Source: Fimbriimonadales bacterium (lineage in GTDB: Bacteria; Armatimonadota; Fimbriimonadia; Fimbriimonadales; ATM1). From it: a stretch of 64,000 bases of DNA. A model generated the notes under the pieces. That model was given only the letters and a program-made list of their open reading frames with translations, made no database searches and had not been told where the DNA came from. The position numbers were made by a program, and so were the translations under genes. Below are positions 37,499-47,804 of the stretch, piece after piece; the first letter of the stretch is position 1, and each line of letters opens with the position of its first letter. The stretch is from contig JBGTLG010000004.1 of NCBI GenBank assembly GCA_041744215.1, forward strand, positions 1-64,000, given 5' to 3'.

Positions 37499-38641
37499 GT
37501 GAATCTAAGGCATTTGGCCGCCGCAATGGTGGCCCTTTTCTGTGTGAGTTCGGCCGTGGGACAGGCAGACGCGAAGGATACAGTCCTCGTGAAGTTCCGA
37601 ACCGAGGCTTGGGGCGCAGGTTTGCTCCACGCTAGGGTGATAGGAGCAGTACCGGTGCAAAGGGTGACGGCGCTTCAAGTCGAAGTTCTCAAAACCCCTC
37701 CGGGCATGTCTGTTGAGCAAACTGTGAAGCAGTTCTCTGCACTCTCATCAGTTGAGTACGCGGAGCCAAACTTCACCTACCATAGGATGGTAGTTCCCAA
37801 TGACCAGCACTATGGCGTGCAGTGGGCGCTTCCGAAGATCAGCGCTCCTTCGGCGTGGGACATCACCACTGGCTCGACAACGATTCGTGTTGCAGTCCTG
37901 GACACAGGTTACGACACGTCCCATCCTGACTTGTACCCTCAGGTCGTTGCTGCAAAAGACTTCACGATTCTGAACGGGAGCCCGAATACTGTCCAAGATG
38001 GGCATGGTCACGGGACGCACGTTGCGGGAACCGTTGCTGCGATTACGAACAACAGTATCGGAGTCGCGTCAATTGGCTGGAACACGAAGTTGATGATCGG
38101 CAAGGTGCTAGGCGATAACGGCAGCGGTTACCTGTCGGAAATCGCCAACGGGATCACCTGGGCTGCCGATAGCGGCGCAAAGGTGATCAACATGAGCCTT
38201 GGTGGGTCGAGTGGCTCAACGACGCTCCAAAACGCAGTGAACTATGCTTGGAACAAGGGCTGCGTGCTTGTCGCGGCAGCAGGAAACGCAGGAAACACAC
38301 GGGCTACGTACCCTGCGTACTACTCTAACTGCATTGCAGTCGCGGCGACGACGTCGAGTGACTCCCGAGCGAGCTTCAGCACGTTCGGCAGCTGGGTTGA
38401 CTGTGCGGCACCTGGTGTTGATATCGCCAGTACCTATCGAGGTGGAGGCTACGCATACATGAGCGGAACGTCGATGGCTGCGCCACACGTTGCTGGGTTA
38501 GCTGGTTTGGTTTGGGCAACATCGCACGGAACGAACAATACAAACGTGCGGTCGCGAGTCGAGACCACCGGCGATCCTGTAAGTAGCGGGTTTCGGCAGT
38601 TCCCGACCAAGCGTATCAATGCGCGAAAAGCCGTTCAGTAG
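37499..38641 (+). CDS. S8 serine protease (thermitase-like) with signal peptide and propeptide
   Basis: Triad VAVLDTG, HGTHVAG, GTSMAAPHV; oxyanion AAAGN. Confidence 0.95.
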   Translation: MNLRHLAAAMVALFCVSSAVGQADAKDTVLVKFRTEAWGAGLLHARVIGAVPVQRVTALQVEVLKTPPGMSVEQTVKQFSALSSVEYAEPNFTYHRMVVPNDQHYGVQWALPKISAPSAWDITTGSTTIRVAVLDTGYDTSHPDLYPQVVAAKDFTILNGSPNTVQDGHGHGTHVAGTVAAITNNSIGVASIGWNTKLMIGKVLGDNGSGYLSEIANGITWAADSGAKVINMSLGGSSGSTTLQNAVNYAWNKGCVLVAAAGNAGNTRATYPAYYSNCIAVAATTSSDSRASFSTFGSWVDCAAPGVDIASTYRGGGYAYMSGTSMAAPHVAGLAGLVWATSHGTNNTNVRSRVETTGDPVSSGFRQFPTKRINARKAVQ

Positions 38642-38648
38642 ACGAGTA

Positions 38649-38679
38649 AAACGCGGTCGCTATCTTAGCGACCGCGTTT
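38649..38679. terminator. Bidirectional terminator between convergent genes
   Basis: Perfect 14-bp inverted repeat AAACGCGGTCGCTA/TAGCGACCGCGTTT. Confidence 0.8.
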
Positions 38680-38702
38680 CAGATTTTGAAACAGAAAACA
38701 AA

Positions 38703-39653
38703 TCAGCTCGTTTTGCGTCGTAGGATTGCACGGTGCTTTAGGCGATCCAGAGTAACCGCAAGGAGCAACACGGTTCCAGTTATCACTAACTTCCAAAAGG
38801 CAGGAATGTTCAGCAATCCCATCGCGTTTTCTAAAACACCCATGATGAGTACGCCGACGATGACGCCCGTGATCGTTCCAATGCCGCCAGTCAATGACAC
38901 TCCCCCGAGTACACAAGCGGATATAACCTGAAGCTCGAGTCCAAGGCCAGCTGTCGGTTGGCCACTTGTGACTCGCGAGGCCAAAATCACGCCCGCAAAA
39001 GCGGCGACCGCACCTTGGAGCGTGAAGATAATCATCTTCGTTCTTGATACGGCGATCCCTGCCAGGCGTGCGGCCTCGGGACTCCCGCCAACAGCAAGAG
39101 TGTTTCTGCCAAAGATAGTCCTATTGAGAAGCAGTCCAAAGATCACGAAGCACGCCAACATAATCCACACCGGCGACGGTAATCCGAACCACACCGATTG
39201 TCCGAGCGCAACGAACCCTTCATCCGAGATACCGATCGACGATCCTTCGGAAGCAAGTTGCGCGGACCCGCGCACAATCTGCATCGTGGCAAGCGTCGTT
39301 ATCAGCGCATTGATTCCAACTTTTGCAATGAAGAAGCCATTGACTAGCCCGACCAGCGCCCCGGCAGCCATCGGGATGAGCACGGCATATGCGACGCTGC
39401 CGGTTTGGGTGATTACGATCGCCGCTAAAACTCCCCCAAGAGCGACCGTCGACCCGACTGACAGATCGAAATCGCCGCCCGCGAGGCAAAACAGCATCGT
39501 ACATGCGACCATCCCTACGACTGAAACAGAAACCAAGATCGTCCGGATGTTGATTGCTGTAGCAAAGTTTTCCACACTCGCGGACAGCACCAGCACGAAC
39601 GCAACAAACACAACGAGCATGCCTGTCGTCTCCCAAAGCTGGCGAGGGGTCAC
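38703..39653 (-). CDS. araH: L-arabinose ABC transporter permease
   Basis: CTMLFCLA.GDFDLSV.S, INALITTLATMQIVRG, EL.VISACVLGGVSL.GG, as in AraH. Confidence 0.9.
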   Translation of the reverse strand: MTPRQLWETTGMLVVFVAFVLVLSASVENFATAINIRTILVSVSVVGMVACTMLFCLAGGDFDLSVGSTVALGGVLAAIVITQTGSVAYAVLIPMAAGALVGLVNGFFIAKVGINALITTLATMQIVRGSAQLASEGSSIGISDEGFVALGQSVWFGLPSPVWIMLACFVIFGLLLNRTIFGRNTLAVGGSPEAARLAGIAVSRTKMIIFTLQGAVAAFAGVILASRVTSGQPTAGLGLELQVISACVLGGVSLTGGIGTITGVIVGVLIMGVLENAMGLLNIPAFWKLVITGTVLLLAVTLDRLKHRAILRRKTS

Positions 39654-41164
39654 GCTATCTCATCCTCCGAATCGCCTGCGGGCAACGCAGCCTTCATGAG
39701 TAACTCTTGTGTTGCCTCGCTTCGATCGAACTGCGCAACTATGCGACCCTCTCTCATTACAAGGACGCGATCACAAACGCCGAGCACTTCTGGCAACTCA
39801 CTTGACACCAGGAGAACGCCCACACCGCTCTCAGCAAGATCGAAAATCACGTCGTAAATCTCTCGCTTCGCCCCAACATCGATTCCCCGCGTCGGTTCAT
39901 CAAGCAGCATGATACGGACGTTTTCGCTTAACCAACGACCTAAAACCACCTTCTGCTGATTCCCACCTGAAAGTAGTCCCACAGGCTGATCAATTGAAGG
40001 CGTGCGAACCCTCAATCGGTCGACCTGTGCTTGCGCGTTCTTTCTTTCCCACCGCTCATTAATGATGAACCCCAAGTTAGCATGCTTCCGCCGAGCGCTC
40101 AAGTTCTCATTCTCTTTCACAGACCTTAGGACCAAGATCCCTTCGTCTTTCCTGTCTTCGGGACACAATGCGATCCCTGCTCGTATCGCATCCGCGGTGC
40201 TCCGCAATTGGCGCGTCGAACCATCGACAAGAACCGTTCCGGATTTCGCTCGCGATGCGCCGCAGATGCCCTTCATCAACTCCGTTCTTCCCGCTCCTAC
40301 AAGCCCAAAAACGCCAACAATCTCACCTGAGCGAACCGTAAGCGACGCTGGAGACGAAAGTCCCGGGGCCACCAATTCCATAACTTGCAGTGCGACGCCT
40401 CGGCGTTCCCGCTCTCGAAAGCCGTAGATATCGTCGATCTCTCGGCCGACCATAAACCTCACAACATCCCGCGGCGAATGGTCCGATAGTTTGTCGGTCG
40501 TCAGGACGTGCTCCCCGTCTCGTAACACCGTGATGGAGTCGCATAGAGAGAAAACCTCACCCATTCGGTGGCTCACATACAAAATCACCTTGTCCCTGCG
40601 CTTCAACTCTTGAATGATTGCGAAGAGTCGGGCAACTTCGCGTGCGCTTAAGCTGCTGGTGGGCTCGTCGAATGCGAAAACCCTAGCGTCGTGTGATAGC
40701 GCTTTTGCGATCTCGACCATCTGCCGTTGCGCGAGTGGCAGCGTGCCAACCTTCGCACGAGGATCAACTTGAATGCCGACTTCTGACAGTTTGGCAGCTG
40801 TATTGTCGAACATCTCTGCAGGTTTCGTCCAGCCGAAGCGATTCGGAAGATGTCCAAGGAAGACGTTTTCAGCAACCGACAACTCTGGAACCAGATGGAG
40901 TTCTTGATAGATTACGGAAACACCAAGCCGGATCGCGGCAATCGGCGATGCGAACGACATGGCGTCGTTCCCAATGATGAGGCTCCCGGAGTCGGGTCGG
41001 CAGGCTCCACTCAAAATCTTTAAGAGGGTGCTTTTTCCCGCGCCATTCTCGCCTACGAGCGCGTGGACCGACCCTCTGTTAACTCCAAACGTAACATCAT
41101 TCAGCGCCTGCACGCCAGGAAAGCCCTTCGAGACCGACTCAAACCGAAGAAACTCGCCACTCAT
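39650..41164 (-). CDS. araG: L-arabinose ABC transporter ATP-binding protein
   Basis: GENGAGKSTL, IYQELHLVPE, AFDEPTSSLS, CPEDRK, LSGGNQQK. Confidence 0.9.
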   Translation of the reverse strand: MSGEFLRFESVSKGFPGVQALNDVTFGVNRGSVHALVGENGAGKSTLLKILSGACRPDSGSLIIGNDAMSFASPIAAIRLGVSVIYQELHLVPELSVAENVFLGHLPNRFGWTKPAEMFDNTAAKLSEVGIQVDPRAKVGTLPLAQRQMVEIAKALSHDARVFAFDEPTSSLSAREVARLFAIIQELKRRDKVILYVSHRMGEVFSLCDSITVLRDGEHVLTTDKLSDHSPRDVVRFMVGREIDDIYGFRERERRGVALQVMELVAPGLSSPASLTVRSGEIVGVFGLVGAGRTELMKGICGASRAKSGTVLVDGSTRQLRSTADAIRAGIALCPEDRKDEGILVLRSVKENENLSARRKHANLGFIINERWERKNAQAQVDRLRVRTPSIDQPVGLLSGGNQQKVVLGRWLSENVRIMLLDEPTRGIDVGAKREIYDVIFDLAESGVGVLLVSSELPEVLGVCDRVLVMREGRIVAQFDRSEATQELLMKAALPAGDSEDEIA

Positions 41165-41184
41165 ATTGTAATCGGTGGGAGATC

Positions 41185-41212
41185 GCAGCCGCGGAGGTTT
41201 TTCCGCGGCTGC
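41185..41212. other. Strong intercistronic stem-loop between araF and araG
   Basis: 11-bp stem GCAGCCGCGGA/TCCGCGGCTGC; typical position of an mRNA-stabilising hairpin after a binding-protein gene. Confidence 0.55.
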
Positions 41213-41258
41213 CCAACCTGTCCGGGAATCTTGCGCATGCCCTCCCGGTCGGCCAACT

Positions 41259-42272
41259 TTAGAGCAACCCCTCCTTGGCCATCAGGTCTTCAAAGTTCTC
41301 CCTCGTAATCAAGATGCCGCTAGTCCATGTTTCTTTGGGCGGTTCTGTGCCTTCGGTAATCCACTTGTACATCATGACTGCCGTGTCGTAACCATGCTTG
41401 CGCGGACTCAGTAGAACAGAGGCGAAAAAGCCGGTCGGATTGGGCTTCTTAAAATCGTCTACTCCGCTCGTGCCGTTGATCCCAACACCGATCACGTCGG
41501 TTGCGGCTAACCCCCGCGACTCTGTGGCCCGGACAAATCCTAACACACCATCATCGTTGGAACTGAATGCAATCCACTTTTTGACGGCTGGATACCGCGT
41601 AAGCGCGACGCTCGCAGCTTCGACCGCTGTTTCAATGTTATGCGGTGATTTCCACGGAGTCTTATGAATCCTGTCAATCGGAAAACCGTTTGCTGAGAGC
41701 ACCTCGATCGCCCCTTCGATGCGTTCCCTTGCTGTCTGTAACTCATCGACGGTTAGCGCCATGGCACCGACTTCAGCCATGCTCCATCCTCGGCTCTTCA
41801 TTTCGTCGATCAGTGCTTGACCAACCATCCTTCCAATGTCGCGCGCAGAGATCCCAAGATGATGAACGCTGGTTAGCGGTCCATCCGGCCCTTCGAGCCG
41901 GTCATCGACCGTCAAGAGCTTCATCCCGTACTCGTTCGCTTTAGATACGATCAGCGGCCCGAGCTTCGGATCAGGCGTGCAGATGATCAATCCCTGAGCC
42001 CCTTGCGATGCCAGATTGTCGATAGCGGAGATCACCTTCTCTCCGTCTTTGGCTTCAAGCTCGATCAGTTGAAAGCCGTGCTCTTTCGCAGCTTCGCGGG
42101 CAAACTTCCATTCAGTCTGGAACCACGGCTCTTGGGCGAGTTTGACGACGAAGCCGACCTTGACCTTTTTCCCATCGGGAGTAGTCGCTGCTGGAGCGTC
42201 GGACTTGCCACCGCATCCCGCCGCGACTAAGCTCGCCAGGGTAAGGCTGAGTAGAGGGAGAAAGTGCTTCAT
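41259..42272 (-). CDS. araF: L-arabinose-binding lipoprotein
   Basis: Lipobox-like LVAAGC; GFVVK..EPWFQTEWKFA, ICTPDPKLG, VDD, GVGING. Start moved to ATG42272. Confidence 0.88.
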   Translation of the reverse strand: MKHFLPLLSLTLASLVAAGCGGKSDAPAATTPDGKKVKVGFVVKLAQEPWFQTEWKFAREAAKEHGFQLIELEAKDGEKVISAIDNLASQGAQGLIICTPDPKLGPLIVSKANEYGMKLLTVDDRLEGPDGPLTSVHHLGISARDIGRMVGQALIDEMKSRGWSMAEVGAMALTVDELQTARERIEGAIEVLSANGFPIDRIHKTPWKSPHNIETAVEAASVALTRYPAVKKWIAFSSNDDGVLGFVRATESRGLAATDVIGVGINGTSGVDDFKKPNPTGFFASVLLSPRKHGYDTAVMMYKWITEGTEPPKETWTSGILITRENFEDLMAKEGLL

Positions 42273-42590
42273 AGTTCCCGGGCAGTTTACATGGTAGCGG
42301 CAGATGGTGCCCCGCCTCTGAAGCCTGTCACAGACGCGCTGGCCTCGCGAAGCGAGGTCAAGAACTCGGTTGACGGCGACTTGAGGTTTCGGGGAGTGGG
42401 GAAGATTAGTGAAGGCCGATCGCGCGAGGAACATTTTCGACCGGAACAGAGACGCAGCTAGTCACCTTTGCGCCATACGCACGTGTTCGTTCAGCGAAGC
42501 AGGGGGCGATCTCGGAGGCGGCGGGAGGAAAGGCGGTCTCCTTTGCCGAACTGAACGCCTTGCGGCCGATGCCGCGAAAGGTCAAGAAAG

Positions 42591-42989
42591 ATGTTCAAAG
42601 AGTTCAAAGAGTTCGCCGTCAAGGGCAATATGCTCGATTTGGCAATAGGTCTCGTTCTCGGCGCGGCCTTCGGCGCAGTGGTGAACTCCCTTGTCGGTGA
42701 TATCTTCACACCTCTCATTGGTCTGATCACCGGGGGTGTGGACTTCAAAGCTCTTGCTATCACGTTGAAAGCTTCGGATGGAGACAATCCACCCCTGCTA
42801 TTGAACTACGGGTCCTTTCTTCAGTTTGTCTTGAACTTTCTCATCGTCGCCCTCGCGCTCTTCTTTGTAATCAAGACTATCAACAGGCTGCGAAGAGCAA
42901 AGGAGCCGGAGCCGGTTCCTGAACCAGAGCCGCCGCGTGAGGAGATTCTGCTCGAAGAGATACGCGACATCTTGAAATCACGCACATGA
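42591..42989 (+). CDS. mscL: Large-conductance mechanosensitive channel
   Basis: FKEFAVKGN.LDLAIG...GAAFG..V.SLV.DI, LL.EIRD.LK. Confidence 0.96.
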   Translation: MFKEFKEFAVKGNMLDLAIGLVLGAAFGAVVNSLVGDIFTPLIGLITGGVDFKALAITLKASDGDNPPLLLNYGSFLQFVLNFLIVALALFFVIKTINRLRRAKEPEPVPEPEPPREEILLEEIRDILKSRT

Positions 42990-43008
42990 TGCGCGCACAC
43001 TCAGTTCC

Positions 43009-44571
43009 ATGCTATCGGTTCTGGTCTTACTTGCGATGAACGAGTTGCCGTATGAAATCCTGTCAATCATTCCGCAGCCTGTCGCTGTAACACAGAGCCC
43101 AGGCGAGTTTGTTCTGAACGAACACACGACAGTGTCCGTCGCCACCGAGTTCGAGGGCGTCGCTGACCTGCTTGACAAGTATCTAAAGCCAGCGACTGGA
43201 TTGCCGTTTGCACGAAAGGTCGGGGATGCGAACGCCATAAGTATCAACCGCGATCGGGATTTACCATCCGAGGGGTACGAGCTTGTCGTCTCGGAGCAGG
43301 GAATATCAATAGAGGCGAGTGACGCGGCAGGTGCTTTCTACGCCTTGCAATCTCTTCGTCAGCTCTTGTCCCCGAACATCTATCGCTCCACGAAGCAAGA
43401 GGGCGTTTGGAACATTCCTTGTGTGTCGATTCGTGACTACCCACGCTTTTCTTGGCGTGGATCTCACCTTGACGTCGCTCGGCACTTTATGCCAAAGACC
43501 TTTGTTCTTCGGTACCTAGACCTGCTCGCTTTGCATAAGCTGAACGTGCTGCACTTGCACCTCACGGATGATCAAGGTTGGCGAATAGAGATAAGGAAGT
43601 ATCCGAAGCTTACGGAAGTCGGCGCGGTTCGCAAAGATACGATGCTGTCTTATGACCCGAAAACATACGAAGGAAAGCCGCATGGTGGCTTTTATACGCA
43701 AGAGGAGATTCGCGAAATCGTCGCTTACGCAGCGGAGCGATTCATAACCGTTGTCCCAGAGATTGAAATGCCTGGACATGCGCAAGCAGCGATTGCTGCA
43801 TATCCAGAGTTGGGCAACACGGACAAGCAACTGGAGGTAGCCGTCGATTGGGGCGTGCATGAGAACGTCTTCAATGTGGAAGACTCTACTATTCGCTTCT
43901 TGCAGGTAGTGCTTGACGAGGTGCTGGAGTTGTTTCCGAGTCGATTCATTCATATCGGTGGCGACGAGTGTCCAAAGGCTCAGTGGCAGAAGAGTGAACG
44001 TGCACAAGTTCGCATGAAACAGTTAGGTCTGAACAATGAATATGAACTCCAGAGCTGGTTCATCCGGCAGATGGACGAGTACCTAACAAGGAAGGAACGT
44101 CGCTTGATCGGCTGGTCGGAAATCTTGGAGGGCGGCCTTGCGCCCTCTGCGGCGCTAATGGTCTGGTTAGGGGATGATGGGGCGATGCAGGCTGTCTCGT
44201 CTGGCCACAATGTCGTGATGGCTCAAACGACGCACACCTACTTCGATTACTATCAGGCGGAGGAGAAGGAAAAAGAACCTCATGCAATCGGGGGGTTTTT
44301 GCCTCTCTCGAAGGTCTATGAGTACGAGCCGATCCTCAAGCAGATGACGCAGGAACAGTCGAAACACGTGCTTGGTGTTCAGTTCCAGGTCTGGACAGAG
44401 TACATTCGAGATCCGATGCAAGTCGAGTACATGGTTTTTCCACGTGCTTGCGCGCTCGCTGAAGTGGCTTGGTCGACCAGTGAGTCGAAAAACTATCAGC
44501 AATTCTTGGAACGTCTCGAAACTCATCTGTTGCGCTTGGATGCCCTCGAAGTCAGCCACCGCCGAAACTAA
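43009..44571 (+). CDS. Beta-N-acetylhexosaminidase (GH20)
   Basis: D.PRF.WRG..LDVARHF, HLHLTDDQGWR, PEIEMPGH, HIGGDE, YFDY, WTE. Confidence 0.95.
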   Translation: MLSVLVLLAMNELPYEILSIIPQPVAVTQSPGEFVLNEHTTVSVATEFEGVADLLDKYLKPATGLPFARKVGDANAISINRDRDLPSEGYELVVSEQGISIEASDAAGAFYALQSLRQLLSPNIYRSTKQEGVWNIPCVSIRDYPRFSWRGSHLDVARHFMPKTFVLRYLDLLALHKLNVLHLHLTDDQGWRIEIRKYPKLTEVGAVRKDTMLSYDPKTYEGKPHGGFYTQEEIREIVAYAAERFITVVPEIEMPGHAQAAIAAYPELGNTDKQLEVAVDWGVHENVFNVEDSTIRFLQVVLDEVLELFPSRFIHIGGDECPKAQWQKSERAQVRMKQLGLNNEYELQSWFIRQMDEYLTRKERRLIGWSEILEGGLAPSAALMVWLGDDGAMQAVSSGHNVVMAQTTHTYFDYYQAEEKEKEPHAIGGFLPLSKVYEYEPILKQMTQEQSKHVLGVQFQVWTEYIRDPMQVEYMVFPRACALAEVAWSTSESKNYQQFLERLETHLLRLDALEVSHRRN

Positions 44572-44792
44572 TGGTCCGGCGCGTGGAAAACCGAGACGCC
44601 TGCGATTCGCGGCATGTAGTGCTTGTCGAGGATCCGAATCTCGATGCTAGTCGCGGTGGTGCTGGGGAGTCGCCACTCTGGCACGGCATCCTCCTCCAAA
44701 GACTCGCGCTTGAAACTGCTCGATTGCGGGGCCTTGACCCGGATGCGCCGCCAAACCTAACAAAGATCACAAAGACCTTATAACCAAACAAC

Positions 44793-44816
44793 GAAGCCGC
44801 CTGGAAAGGCGGCTTC
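44793..44816 (-). terminator. Terminator downstream of tRNA-fMet
   Basis: GAAGCCGCCT/AGGCGGCTTC stem followed by a T-rich tract on the minus strand. Confidence 0.75.
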
Positions 44817-44824
44817 AATCAAAT

Positions 44825-44901
<77 letters not shown>

Positions 44902-44922
44902 GCGTGGAGCGCAAATTATACC

Positions 44923-45594
44923 TTAGACGCTGGCGATTCGGTGCGCAGTAGGTGCGACGCCGTGAATCGCCCGGTATGCGCGGTAAAAGCTGCTGGAGTC
45001 TGCATAGCCAACTCGGTGGCACACCTCTTTTACGCTGAGGCTCGTTGTTTCGAACAGCTTTCTCGCCACATTCAATCGGTACTCGGTGACATATCGCTTG
45101 AACGGCATGCCCACGATCTCGCGAAACAGATATCGAAAATGAGACCGACTCAAGCACATCTCATTCGCGACCTTCTCGTCACTCAGGTTCTCGCCAAATC
45201 TCAGGGAAACGATCGTCTTTGCTTTCTCGACCATCTGAATTGCCATGCGATTGGCGTTCGGCCGGGCGCACATGGTTGCATGCAACAGGTAGCGAGTAGC
45301 GACGGCGATCATTTCCGCAGAAGTGCTTGAGTTGGTGGCGTCAAATGCGGCATCCGCTATCGTGCGCTCCACTTCTGGAGGTGCGCCTATCTCCATCGTT
45401 GAGAGAACGAGGATGGAGATGAGTGAAACAAATCGTGCACGAGCCATCACGAGATCGGCTTCGGCGATTACAGTCAAATCGGACAAGAATTGTCGAAGAT
45501 ATGCCTCCAACTCAACTCGCTGCCCGAGCCGCACCATAGCGTTGATTTCGCTATAGCTAACTTCACCGCTGGGCTCATATCGAGTTTTGGCCAT
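44923..45594 (-). CDS. AraC family transcriptional regulator
   Basis: C-terminal HTH: LS.SHF..LF....G..F..Y....RL..A..L, VGY.D.S.F.R.Y....G..P...R. Confidence 0.9.
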   Translation of the reverse strand: MAKTRYEPSGEVSYSEINAMVRLGQRVELEAYLRQFLSDLTVIAEADLVMARARFVSLISILVLSTMEIGAPPEVERTIADAAFDATNSSTSAEMIAVATRYLLHATMCARPNANRMAIQMVEKAKTIVSLRFGENLSDEKVANEMCLSRSHFRYLFREIVGMPFKRYVTEYRLNVARKLFETTSLSVKEVCHRVGYADSSSFYRAYRAIHGVAPTAHRIASV

Positions 45595-45642
45595 TTCCGC
45601 CTCTATTCTGACATCCTTCTGCCATCGAACGCGGGACAGTTG

Positions 45643-47064
45643 TCATGTGCGGCGGGTGAGCCGGGCACGAGGGGACGTCATCTCGTCCAATGCGAATCGG
45701 ACGCCCTCGCGCCCAAAGCCCGAATCTCCCTCTCCTCCATACGGCATGCCGTCGAACCGCAGGCTGGGAGACTCGTTTACGATCACACCGCCAAACTGCA
45801 GGCGCGCAAACGCTCGATCCACGAGTTCTTCATCACGGGTGAATATGGACGCTTGCAATCGATATCTTCCTTCATTGAGTTTCTCGAACAGCTTCTCGGA
45901 GCTGTCAAATGGTACGACGTTGAGAACGGGCCCGAAGACCTCCTCCGTGAAAAGTTCATCAGTTTCGTCGACTCCTTCCAGCAGCGTGGGCGGAATCAAG
46001 AGAGGGTGCGCCTCGGCAGGCGCCTCCGCAACGATGCGCCCCTTCGCTGCTTTAATGCGCGACAGCACCCGGTCGCGCGCCTTTGCGTCGATCATCGGTC
46101 CGCAAATCGTCTCCGGTAATGAAGGATCCCCCGCGGCGCAAGCGCGAGTTGCCTTGACAAGCAATGACAACGTCTTATCAAAAACGGAACGATGCAAGAA
46201 TACGTTCTGCGCGGAGATGCAAACTTGCCCTGCATAACCATAGCCGCTGATCGTCGTCCGAGAAACGGCAAGTTCCAGGTCAGCATCATTACAAATGATA
46301 ACTGGAGCGTTACCGCCGAGTTCCAACGTAACCCTCTTCTGAGGAACCATCCCCTTAAGCATCCATCCGACCTCGGGGCTGCCAGTGAAACTGAGCATGC
46401 GGATGCGATCGTCGACGAGCGCCTTCTGAGCTTGTTCGTTTGAGAGATGCAGCACACTCAAGCTGCCAGGCTGAACTCCGGACTCAACAAGCAGTTCGCC
46501 GAGCGCAAGCGTAGTGAGAGGCGCGAGCGGGCTGACCTTCATGACAATCGGACAGCCTGCGACAATCGCGGGCGCCAGCTTGTGTGCTGCGAGGTTGAGA
46601 GGCCAGTTATAGGGCACAAAACCCAGGGTCGGGCCGACACCAAATCGCTGCCATGCCCCCGTGAAACTCTCTCCGCGAGGATCATACGAAAAGTCGAGGT
46701 CATGAGCAACCATCTCATCGCCCGCCTCGGAAGCCAGCCAGAAAGTGCGTTGCATTCGTTCGACTTCACTAGTCGCAAACTGTCTCGGCTTTCCTGTTTC
46801 ATCGATCAGCAATTCGATGAGGGCGTCCTTGCGCTGATTAATCAGCTCAGCGGCGAGCGCGCAAACCGTTACCCGCTCGTTGAGGGGCATCGGCGATCGC
46901 CACGCACCGTCCGCGAGAGCGATTGCGGTCTCGAGATTGTGATCGGATGCGACCGACATAGAATCGATAGTTTCGCTTCTCCACGGTGATTCCGACAGTA
47001 TCCAATCTTTGGAAACTACCGGTTTACCGCCGACGATCATAGGTTTCGGTTGCACTTTGAACAT
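45643..47064 (-). CDS. Aldehyde dehydrogenase family protein
   Basis: PYNWPLNL, FTGS, LELGGN, GQVCIS (catalytic Cys), EEVFGPV, PYGG...SG.GREG. Confidence 0.93.
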   Translation of the reverse strand: MFKVQPKPMIVGGKPVVSKDWILSESPWRSETIDSMSVASDHNLETAIALADGAWRSPMPLNERVTVCALAAELINQRKDALIELLIDETGKPRQFATSEVERMQRTFWLASEAGDEMVAHDLDFSYDPRGESFTGAWQRFGVGPTLGFVPYNWPLNLAAHKLAPAIVAGCPIVMKVSPLAPLTTLALGELLVESGVQPGSLSVLHLSNEQAQKALVDDRIRMLSFTGSPEVGWMLKGMVPQKRVTLELGGNAPVIICNDADLELAVSRTTISGYGYAGQVCISAQNVFLHRSVFDKTLSLLVKATRACAAGDPSLPETICGPMIDAKARDRVLSRIKAAKGRIVAEAPAEAHPLLIPPTLLEGVDETDELFTEEVFGPVLNVVPFDSSEKLFEKLNEGRYRLQASIFTRDEELVDRAFARLQFGGVIVNESPSLRFDGMPYGGEGDSGFGREGVRFALDEMTSPRARLTRRT

Positions 47065-47101
47065 TTTGCACCACGCGCTGGCTGGTACACTTTGTGGCCG
47101 T

Positions 47102-47179
47102 CGGGGCGTAGCGCAGCCTGGTTAGCGCGCCTGCTTTGGGAGCAGGAGGTCGCGAGTTCGAATCTCGCCGCCCCGACCA
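47102..47179 (+). tRNA. tRNA-Pro(TGG)
   Basis: CGGGGCGTAGCGCAGCCTGGTTAGCGCGCCTGCTTTGGGAGCAGGAGGTCGCGAGTTCGAATCTCGCCGCCCCGACCA. Confidence 0.96.
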
Positions 47180-47187
47180 GTTCCATA

Positions 47188-47796
47188 ATGTCATCTATGG
47201 AACAAAGAGTCCTCCGCCTTGAGCGGGCAGTAATGACCCAGCGCCTGCTTTTGCTCGCTGCCATCGCCTTGATCGCAATCCTCGGCTTTCGCCAAAGCCC
47301 CGGCGAAATCAAGACAACCTCGCTCCAAATTGTCAACAAACAAGGCAAGCCTGCTGCGCTGTTCTACGGCACGGAAGAAGGCTTCGGGGGCTACCTGTAC
47401 GGCCGAGCGGTCGAAGGCGCGGACTATCAACCTGCGATCAAACTGGAAGGGAGTCGAGTAGGAGGACAGATCGATCTTTTCGATGAAAACGGACGACAAG
47501 TGATTGAGGTGACGCGGGGCACAGACGGTGGCGCAATCACGATTTTCAACAATAAAACGAATCGTCCGGTCGCAAGTGTCTACGCCGATCGTGACGATGG
47601 TGCGAGGATCGAGTTGAACGCAACCGACGGCTCAGAGAGACTCTTTCTTCAAAGCGACCTGATCGGCGCAGGCATGAAGATGATCCTTCCCCGCGGCATT
47701 CCTGCACTAAGTCTTTACTCCTCGCTCGACGGCGGCTACCTGGCTCTGTACGACGAGAAGGGCAACACGGTGCAGCGACTGCCTAAGAGCGACTGA
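47188..47796 (+). CDS. Hypothetical membrane-anchored protein with repeated beta-hairpin units
   Basis: Short coiled coil, TM helix, then repeats like GG.I.lf...G+.v..v. Confidence 0.65.
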   Translation: MSSMEQRVLRLERAVMTQRLLLLAAIALIAILGFRQSPGEIKTTSLQIVNKQGKPAALFYGTEEGFGGYLYGRAVEGADYQPAIKLEGSRVGGQIDLFDENGRQVIEVTRGTDGGAITIFNNKTNRPVASVYADRDDGARIELNATDGSERLFLQSDLIGAGMKMILPRGIPALSLYSSLDGGYLALYDEKGNTVQRLPKSD

Positions 47797-47804
47797 CGTG
47801 AAAG

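Noticed and set aside
44568-44790. Small ORF or gene remnant downstream of tRNA-fMet (possible integration scar)
   Set aside because: Only a vague resemblance to a glycosidase C-terminal domain; no start signals, att repeat or integrase.
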